DNA of 64,000 nucleotides from Rhodospirillales bacterium (GTDB lineage Bacteria; Pseudomonadota; Alphaproteobacteria; Kiloniellales; JACOMY01): NCBI GenBank assembly GCA_963669375.1, contig OY770024.1, positions 361,760 to 425,759 of the forward strand, read 5' to 3'. Shown piece by piece: positions 57,774 to 64,000 of this stretch (position 1 is its first letter; each line of letters starts with the position of its first letter). The notes under the pieces were generated by a model. It saw only the letters and a program-made list of their open reading frames with translations, ran no database searches and was not told where the DNA came from. The position numbers and the translations under genes were made by a program.

Positions 57774-58162
57774 ATGCCCTTCAACAAGCTTCACGTGCCC
57801 AAGGACCTGCCGGTGGAGACCTGCCACGCATCAACGATCTTCTGCACGAGAGCCTGGTCGAGACCTGCGGCGTCAACGTCGAGGACTACTTCTGCGTGGT
57901 CGCGCGCTACGCGGAAGAGGATATGATCCTGCACCCGACCTTCCTGGGGCGCCGGGACCCCGCCTCTACCGTCATCATCGAGACCGCCCTTCTGGCCGGA
58001 CGCTCGGATGCGCAGAAAGAGGCGCTCTTCAAGGATGTCCGACGCCGCCTCCGCGAGATCGACTTCAATCCCGACAACTCGATCATCTTCCTGATCGAGA
58101 ACAACCCCATAGACTGGTCGTTCAGCGGGTCGGGCTCCGTCAAGTCCGTCCTGGGCCTCTGA
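57774..58162 (+). pseudogene. Tautomerase-superfamily protein (long ~130-aa type) with an apparent frameshift after about codon 16
   Basis: The Pro1-type start MPFNKLHVPKDLPVETC is in one frame (ATG 57774). The rest of the fold, RINDLLHESLVETCGVNVEDYF..RSDAQKEALF..FLIENNPIDWSFSGSG, is in the frame of ORF 57734..58162. Confidence 0.45.
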
Positions 58163-58554
58163 ACTCATCGCTTGAAAGCGGGTGCCTAGAGCAGTCGCAG
58201 GGTGTCGTGCCACGGCGATCTGCCCTAGGCCCCTCTTCGCGTGATCTATCGGCGCACCCTCACCGGACCCATACCGGCAGGCCGATCGAGCCCTTCATCT
58301 TGAGGTCCAGCGGTCCGGCGTCATAGGGGAGGACCGAGCGGCGCATCGCAGTCGTCGCGTCAAAGGCATTCGGCAAGCTGATGCCGGAGCGCATGGCGTA
58401 GTCGAAGAGTGCCTTATGTCCCAACATGTCGTGTTCGTCCCTCTTGCTGTTGCGCGAAGCCGGGTCGTCGAGGGTAACGGCTTCGTGACCAAGAGATGGC
58501 GGACCAGGATCAAAAATGAGTCAAAAATCCGCTCAAACGCGGATCAAAGTGCTT

Positions 58555-58668
58555 AGAGCGGGATGATGTCAAATCGAAACGATTTGGCGTCTGGATCCCG
58601 CTCTACCTTCGTGAAAGGGAGAGCAGAATCACGCAATCAGGTGATTCCACGTGAGTACGATCTACTCT
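58555..58668 (+). repeat. REP/MITE-like double-hairpin element, full copy
   Basis: agagcgggatgatgtcaaatcgaaacgatttggcgtctggatcccgctct is followed by gagagcagaatcacgcaatcaggtgattccacgtgagtacgatctactct. It is in the same orientation as the copy at 51716. Confidence 0.75.
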
Positions 58669-60733
58669 TGGGCGAGCCCATCATCCGAAGATCTTGCTCA
58701 TCGGTCTCGTCGCACTCCAGCTCCAGACCGGCGCGTTCCAGCCCTTCCAGGTAGTCGCTGACGAAGGTGCGATTGGCATGGTGGGTAAGTTCGTCACGCG
58801 CGAAGGCGACCGAGTAGCCGGGCTTGATCAGCTTCAAGCGGCGCAGGGCCTGCTGCGCGCTATCCAGTTTCTTGGCGGCCCCGAGAACGGCCACCAGGGT
58901 GGCCCAGGCGAAGTGAGAGGCGTTCGGTAGTCGGACCGCCGTCTTGGAGTCCCGCTCCGCCTCGGCCAGGCGGCCCTGGGCGAAGCGCGCCTCGGCGCGG
59001 TCGTGATAGAAAGTCCAGAGATGCGGGTCTTGCGGATCGAGATCGATGGCCTGATCGAGATGAGCAATGGCCTCCATGGGCTGTCCCGCCGCCGAGAGCG
59101 CTTGGCCGAGGCCGAAACTGGCCTGCGCCATGCTGGGATCGAGACCCAGCGCGGTCTCGAACTCGGGGATCGCCTGATCGAAGGACCGCTCGATGGCGAG
59201 CAGGCGCCCCAGGGCGAAGTGACCGTGCCCATCCTTCGGATCCAGGCCCACGGCCCGTTCGGCTGCCTCGATGCCGTGCAGCAGGAACTGATCGCGCTCG
59301 GCATGCGGCCCGTACCAGTACATCTGCAGATAGACGTAGGCCAGGCGCGCGTAGGCAGGCGCCAGATTGCCGTCCATCGCCAGCGCGCGCTTGAAGTGGC
59401 TGCGCGCCGCCACCAACCCCGGCATGGTGAAGCGGTAGAGCTCGCGCAAGGCCAGGTGATAGTAGGACCAGGGCCCCAAGCCATCGGGCGGACTCTCGCT
59501 GGCCTTGCGGGCCTCCGAACCCTCCACCTCGCGCTTCACGACGGCGGCCAGGCGATTGATCCAGCTGTCATCCCCGCTCATGAGGTTGGCCATCGGCTCG
59601 GCCCAGCGCTCGGACCAGAGGTAACTGCCGTTGCCGACGTCCAGGAGGTGTGCGCTGACGCAGATCTGCTCCTGGAAACGGCGCAGACTGCCTTCCACGA
59701 CATAGACCGCATCGGCGTTGGGGCCCTCGATACCGCGATGACCGACGACCGTGAGGCCGCGATCCCGGTTCAAGGCGATCAACAGGTCCTCGCCGAAAGC
59801 GTCGGCGACGGCCTGGTCCAGGCTGTCGGCGCCGATGACGGTGAAGCGGCGCAGCGCGAGCGCGGGCGGGCCGCGCCTTTCGGTGGACTTCATCTCGACC
59901 ACGGCCGGCGCTTGCGCGCCCGGCATGGCCAGATGGGGCGGCTGCGTCGGCAGGGGGGCCATGGGCTCGAAGGCGTTCATGGCCTCGCCGCGCAGGAGTC
60001 TCTCGTAGAAGCCTCTGGTTTCGCTGTCGGGCGCCACGCCAAGCTCCCGGCGCAGCGTCTCGTTACACTCGCGGTACTGCCTCAGCGCGGCGTTTCGTTG
60101 CCCATTGAGCGCATAGAGCTTCATCAGGCGGCGGTGGGCCGACTCGTCCAGGGGATCGAGGCGCAGGATGGTCCTGGCGGTCTGAACGGCCTCAGCCAGC
60201 ATGCCCTCGTCGCTCTGCCGGTTCAGCAGCCGGTGGAAGCCGGCCATCATGCTGTCGCGCAGCCGGCGCCGCTCTTCCGTCATCCAGCTCTCGAAGACCT
60301 CTTCGCGCAGCTCCATGCCGGACAGGAGATCGCCGGTGAAGAGATCGGCGGCCTCGGCCAGCGCGTCGGTCGTGCCGACCTCCAGCAGCGCCTCCAGACG
60401 CGCCACGTCGCTGGTCACCAGCGCCGGCGCCAGCCCCACCCCCGCCCCATCCACCTGGAAGAGGTCGGGGAAGGTCGCGCTCAGAAGCTTGCGCAGGCTG
60501 GAAAGCGCCTGGTTCAGGCTGTGCCGGCCGTGCTTCTCGTCGCGACTGCCCCACAGAAGCGCCGTCAACTCGCCCCGACTGCGCTGACGTCCGGCGGGAA
60601 GCGCGAGGTAGGCCAGCAAGGCCTCGGCCTTTCGGGTCGGCAGGGTCAAGCCTTCAGGCGCCAGAACCTCGAAGCGGCCTAGCATCTTCAGCGACAGCCG
60701 ATGGCTGGCCGTGCTTTCCCCCGTGGCGCTCAT
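58637..60733 (-). CDS. SARP/BTAD-family transcriptional activator fused to a central domain and C-terminal TPR repeats
   Basis: An N-terminal winged helix plus BTAD is present (LKMLGRFEVL..RKAEALLAYLAL..ESAHRRLMKLYALNGQRNAALRQYRECNETLRRELGVAP). C-terminal TPR units include AYARLAYVYLQM and FGLGQALSAAGQPMEAIAHLDQAIDLDP. Confidence 0.8.
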   Translation of the reverse strand: MSATGESTASHRLSLKMLGRFEVLAPEGLTLPTRKAEALLAYLALPAGRQRSRGELTALLWGSRDEKHGRHSLNQALSSLRKLLSATFPDLFQVDGAGVGLAPALVTSDVARLEALLEVGTTDALAEAADLFTGDLLSGMELREEVFESWMTEERRRLRDSMMAGFHRLLNRQSDEGMLAEAVQTARTILRLDPLDESAHRRLMKLYALNGQRNAALRQYRECNETLRRELGVAPDSETRGFYERLLRGEAMNAFEPMAPLPTQPPHLAMPGAQAPAVVEMKSTERRGPPALALRRFTVIGADSLDQAVADAFGEDLLIALNRDRGLTVVGHRGIEGPNADAVYVVEGSLRRFQEQICVSAHLLDVGNGSYLWSERWAEPMANLMSGDDSWINRLAAVVKREVEGSEARKASESPPDGLGPWSYYHLALRELYRFTMPGLVAARSHFKRALAMDGNLAPAYARLAYVYLQMYWYGPHAERDQFLLHGIEAAERAVGLDPKDGHGHFALGRLLAIERSFDQAIPEFETALGLDPSMAQASFGLGQALSAAGQPMEAIAHLDQAIDLDPQDPHLWTFYHDRAEARFAQGRLAEAERDSKTAVRLPNASHFAWATLVAVLGAAKKLDSAQQALRRLKLIKPGYSVAFARDELTHHANRTFVSDYLEGLERAGLELECDETDEQDLRMMGSPKSRSYSRGIT

Positions 60734-60886
60734 GGGGCCCCTTGCTTCTGTTCGGCCTCCACAGTCTTCCTGTCGCGGACAGGTCTCGGCGGGCCGGAGA
60801 CTCGGTCCGGTAGCGCTGTGAAGATAGGCTTTGCCTATTTGAGGCGCAACGGGGGCTCTGAACCGCGCGCGCTTGCGGACCCGCCC

Positions 60887-61402
60887 TTAGGCTCCGCCTT
60901 CGGCAAGGGCGAAGCGTTCGGCCAGGCGTTTTTCTACCCGTGGTGTCACGAAGGTCGAGATGTCCCCGCCGAAGCGGCCGATCTCCTTCACGAAGCGAGA
61001 GGAGACGAACTGGTGGCGTTCAGAGGCCATCAGGAAGACCGTCTCGATCTTCGACGCCATGCGCGCGTTCATGCCGGCCATCTGAAACTCGTACTCGAAG
61101 TCCGAGACTGCCCTGAGGCCACGCACGATGACGCTGGCGTGGACGCTGGCGGCAAAGTTGATCAAGAGGTTTGAGAAGGCGCGCGCTTCCATCACCGCGC
61201 CATGGCTCTCGATCTCGGCGATTTCGGCGCGCACCAGCTGCAGACGCTCGTCCGTGCCGAAAAGCGGACCCTTGCCGTCGTTGCGGGCCACGGCGACGAT
61301 CAGGCGGTCGACCACGCGGGTGGCTCTGCGGATGATGTCAATGTGCCCATTGGTGATGGGATCGAAGGTTCCCGGATAGACACCGATCAAAGGCTTTGCC
61401 AT
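60887..61402 (-). CDS. coaD: Phosphopantetheine adenylyltransferase
   Basis: The N-terminus is MAKPLIGVYPGTFDPITNGHIDIIRRA. Length is 171 aa. Confidence 0.92.
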   Translation of the reverse strand: MAKPLIGVYPGTFDPITNGHIDIIRRATRVVDRLIVAVARNDGKGPLFGTDERLQLVRAEIAEIESHGAVMEARAFSNLLINFAASVHASVIVRGLRAVSDFEYEFQMAGMNARMASKIETVFLMASERHQFVSSRFVKEIGRFGGDISTFVTPRVEKRLAERFALAEGGA

Positions 61403-61442
61403 CGACTGTCCCTCTCTGGGTCGTTCAGGTCACGCCAACGCT

Positions 61443-64000
61443 CTAGTCTTCAAAGGCGCCCTCGGCGTCCTCCGCGTCCTCGACGTCCTCGCCCTCTTCG
61501 TCTTCTTCTTCGGCCAAGCGGCTGACCGACACCACCTGCTCGCCACCGGCGACGCTGAAGATACGCACGCCCCGGGTCGCCCGGCCGGCGATCCGCACGT
61601 CCTCGACCGGACAGCGGATCAGCTGTCCGCCATCGGTCACCAGCAGGATCTGGTCGCCCGCCTCGATCGGGAAGGTGGCCACCACCCGGGCCGCCGCCGC
61701 GTCGGCCCTGGTCAGGTCCAGGTTGGTGATGCCCTGGCCGCCCCTGCCGGTCAGGCGATAGTCATAGGCCGACGCCCGCCGCCCCAGGCCGTCGCTGGAG
61801 ACCGACAGCAGCATCTGCTCCTGGCCCGCCAGCTCGTCCGCGCGCTCCGCCGAGAGGCTCCCCTCGCCGGTGATCGCGGCCTCCGAGTCGTCGCCCTCGC
61901 CGCGCCGTCGCACGGTCGCCAGACGCAGATAGGCCTCGCGCTCCTCGGCGCTTGCCTGGACGTGATGCAGGATCGCCAAGTCGATGACCCGATCGTCCTG
62001 TTCCAGTCGGATACCGCGCACCCCGGTCGAGTCGCGCCCGGCGAAGAGGCGGATGTCGGTCGCGCGGAAACGAATGGCCTTGCCCTTGGCGCTGACCAGC
62101 ATGACGTCCTGGTCCTCGCTGGCGAGCCGCACGCCGATCAGCCGCGTGTCGGCGTTCTCCAAGCGCATGGCGATCAAGCCGTTGGCGCGAACGTTGGCGA
62201 AATCGGAGAGGCGGTTACGGCGCACCGTGCCGGCCGAGGTGGCGAATACGACCTGCAGGTTAGCCCACTCGGCCTCGTCCTCCGGCAGGGGAAGGGTGGC
62301 CGTGATGGTCTCGCCCTGCTCCAGGGGCAGGAGATTGACCAGGGCCTTGCCGCGCGCCTGCGGGCTGCCGATCGGCAGGCGATAGACCTTCAGCTTGTAG
62401 GCGCGGCCCCTGGAGGAGAAGAAGAGGACCGGCGTGTGGGTCGAGCAGGTGAAGATACTGCTGACCAGATCCTCCGCCTTGGTCGACATGCCGGAGCGGC
62501 CCTTGCCGCCGCGGCGCTGCGCGCGATAGGCAGATAGCGGCACCCGCTTGATGTAGCCGGCCGCCGACAGGGTCACCACCATGTCCTCGCGCTGGATCAG
62601 GTCCTCGATGTCGGTGTCGGCCTCGCCCTCCTCCAAGGTCGTGCGGCGCGGGTCGTCGTAACGCTCCTTCAAGGCCACCAACTCGTCGCGCACGATCCCC
62701 AAGAGCCGCGCGCGCGAGGCCAGGATCTCAAGGTAGTCCTTGATCTCGGCCGCGAGGGACTGCAGTTCCTCGGCGATCTTGTCGCGCTCAAGTCCGGTCA
62801 GGCGTTGCAGGCGCAGGTCTAGAATCGCGCGCGCCTGGACCTCGGAGAGGACGTAGCTGCCGTCCGCCTCCACCTTGTGGCCCGGCTCGTCTATCAGCAG
62901 GACCAGGGGCGCGATGTCGCCCGCCGGCCAGCGTTGCGCCATCAAGCCGTGGCGGGCCGTCTCCGGATTGGGTGCGTTGCGGATCAAGGCGACGACATCG
63001 TCGATGTTGGCGACCGCGAGCGCCAGGCCGACCAGAACATGCGCGCGGTCGCGGGCCTTGCCCAGCCGGAAGGCGGTCCGGCGCGTCACCACCTCTTCGC
63101 GGAACTGCAGGAAGGCGGCCAGCACCTCGCGCAGCGACAGCACCAGGGGGCGGCGCCCGTCGATCGCCAGCAGGCTGATGCCGAAGGAGGACTGCAGCGG
63201 CGTATGCTGGTAGAGCTGGTTCAGGACCACGTCGGACTGCGCGTCGCGCTTCAGCTCCACGACGATCCTGAGACCCTGGCGATCGCTCTCGTCGCGCAGG
63301 TCCGACACTCCCTCCACCACCTTATCGCGGACCACCTCCGCGATGCGCTCCAAGAGCCGGGTCTTGGTCAGCTGGTAGGGGATCTCGGTGATGATGATGG
63401 CTTCGCGGTCGCGGGAATGCTCCTCCACGCTGGCCCGGCCCCGCACGACGATGGTGCCGCGGCCGTGACGGTAGGCGGAGAGCACGCCGGCGCGGCCGAC
63501 GATGATGCCGCCGGTCGGCAGGTCCGGCCCCGGTACGTGCTGCATCAAGTCCTCGACCGAGGCGTCGGGATCGTCGAGCAGCGCACAGCAAGCGTCGATC
63601 ACCTCGCCCGGATTGTGCGGCGGTATGCTGGTGGCCATGCCGACGGCAATGCCGTTGGCCCCGTTCACCAAGAGGTTCGGCAGGCGTGCCGGCAGGACCG
63701 TGGGCTCGCTGGTGGTCTCGTCGTAGTTCGGCTGGAACTCGACGGTATCCTCGTCGATATCGGCCAGCAGGGCCTCGCTGGCGACCCGGGCGAGGCGCGC
63801 CTCGGTATAGCGCATCGCGGCCGGCGGATCGCCGTCGATCGAGCCGAAATTGCCTTGCCCGTCGATCAGACCGACCCGCATCGACCAGGGCTGGGCCATG
63901 CGGACCATGGCGTCGTAGATCGGCGCGTCGCCATGCGGATGATACTGACCCATGACGTCGCCGATGATGCGCGCGGACTTGCGGTAAGCCCGGTTCCAGT
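61443..64000 (-). CDS. gyrA: DNA gyrase subunit A (5' end outside the window)
   Basis: Translation across 63954-64000 gives ..[18 protein letters not shown], the QRDR-proximal region. [20 protein letters not shown] follows. A C-terminal beta-pinwheel and an acidic tail are present. Confidence 0.93.
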   Translation of the reverse strand, partial: WNRAYRKSARIIGDVMGQYHPHGDAPIYDAMVRMAQPWSMRVGLIDGQGNFGSIDGDPPAAMRYTEARLARVASEALLADIDEDTVEFQPNYDETTSEPTVLPARLPNLLVNGANGIAVGMATSIPPHNPGEVIDACCALLDDPDASVEDLMQHVPGPDLPTGGIIVGRAGVLSAYRHGRGTIVVRGRASVEEHSRDREAIIITEIPYQLTKTRLLERIAEVVRDKVVEGVSDLRDESDRQGLRIVVELKRDAQSDVVLNQLYQHTPLQSSFGISLLAIDGRRPLVLSLREVLAAFLQFREEVVTRRTAFRLGKARDRAHVLVGLALAVANIDDVVALIRNAPNPETARHGLMAQRWPAGDIAPLVLLIDEPGHKVEADGSYVLSEVQARAILDLRLQRLTGLERDKIAEELQSLAAEIKDYLEILASRARLLGIVRDELVALKERYDDPRRTTLEEGEADTDIEDLIQREDMVVTLSAAGYIKRVPLSAYRAQRRGGKGRSGMSTKAEDLVSSIFTCSTHTPVLFFSSRGRAYKLKVYRLPIGSPQARGKALVNLLPLEQGETITATLPLPEDEAEWANLQVVFATSAGTVRRNRLSDFANVRANGLIAMRLENADTRLIGVRLASEDQDVMLVSAKGKAIRFRATDIRLFAGRDSTGVRGIRLEQDDRVIDLAILHHVQASAEEREAYLRLATVRRRGEGDDSEAAITGEGSLSAERADELAGQEQMLLSVSSDGLGRRASAYDYRLTGRGGQGITNLDLTRADAAAARVVATFPIEAGDQILLVTDGGQLIRCPVEDVRIAGRATRGVRIFSVAGGEQVVSVSRLAEEEDEEGEDVEDAEDAEGAFED

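Noticed and set aside
58260-58523. On the minus strand an open frame reads ..DPGPPSLGHEAVTLDDPASRNSKRDEHDMLGHKALFDYAMRSGISLPNAFDATTAMRRSVLPYDAGPLDLKMKGSIGLPVWVR. It contains an internal ATG at 58427 (55 aa) preceded by GAGGGA. The listed ORF 58295..58513 (-) overlaps it in another frame.
   Set aside because: It could be a small gene or the 3' remnant of a gene truncated next to the repeat element at 58555. I could not recognise a family. No start codon is available for the longer frame, so the evidence is insufficient for a call.

Overview
This is a high-GC chromosomal segment, roughly 60-70% G+C in hand-counted lines. Gene content and order look alphaproteobacterial, but that taxonomic call is inference only. 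Four blocks stand out.

(1) 1-13.8 kb: three tandem minus-strand paralogues of a giant all-repeat RTX-like Ca2+-binding protein. They are built from a 57-bp (19-codon) unit, and each is preceded by the same 196-nt leader. One copy is broken by a 1-nt deletion. One copy runs off the window.

(2) 13.9-36.97 kb: a ZIP transporter, a membrane protein, an AmpD-type amidase and RNase P RNA. These are followed by a complete canonical dcw cluster (mraZ-rsmH-ftsL-ftsI-murE-murF-mraY-murD-ftsW-murG-murC-murB-ddl-ftsQ-ftsA-ftsZ) plus lpxC, with most junctions being ATGA overlaps.

(3) 37.03-40.04 kb: a sharply AT-rich ~3-kb insertion. It carries only a beta-class SPPY DNA methyltransferase and a 573-aa DGQHR (DndB/ParB-like) protein with an extra N-terminal domain. 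This is the best candidate in the window for an undescribed defence or DNA-modification module.

(4) 40-64 kb: accessory metabolism and housekeeping genes. These are an MFS transporter, a TPR protein, otnK/otnC-like acid-sugar genes, a divergent SMP-30/IMDH-family/Gfo-Idh-MocA/GntR cluster, two tandem P450s, a GNAT, a GMC oxidoreductase, an enolase-superfamily enzyme, a globin, a LysR regulator, a frameshifted tautomerase, a SARP-TPR regulator, coaD and a partial gyrA.

Other observations are a three-copy REP/MITE-like hairpin element sitting at gene 3' ends, and two short ORFs with strong Shine-Dalgarno sites. One of these (58 aa) is below the ORF-track cutoff. The other (56 aa) appears in the track only as part of a longer 72-aa ORF. 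All similarity statements come from motif recognition by eye; no database search was run.
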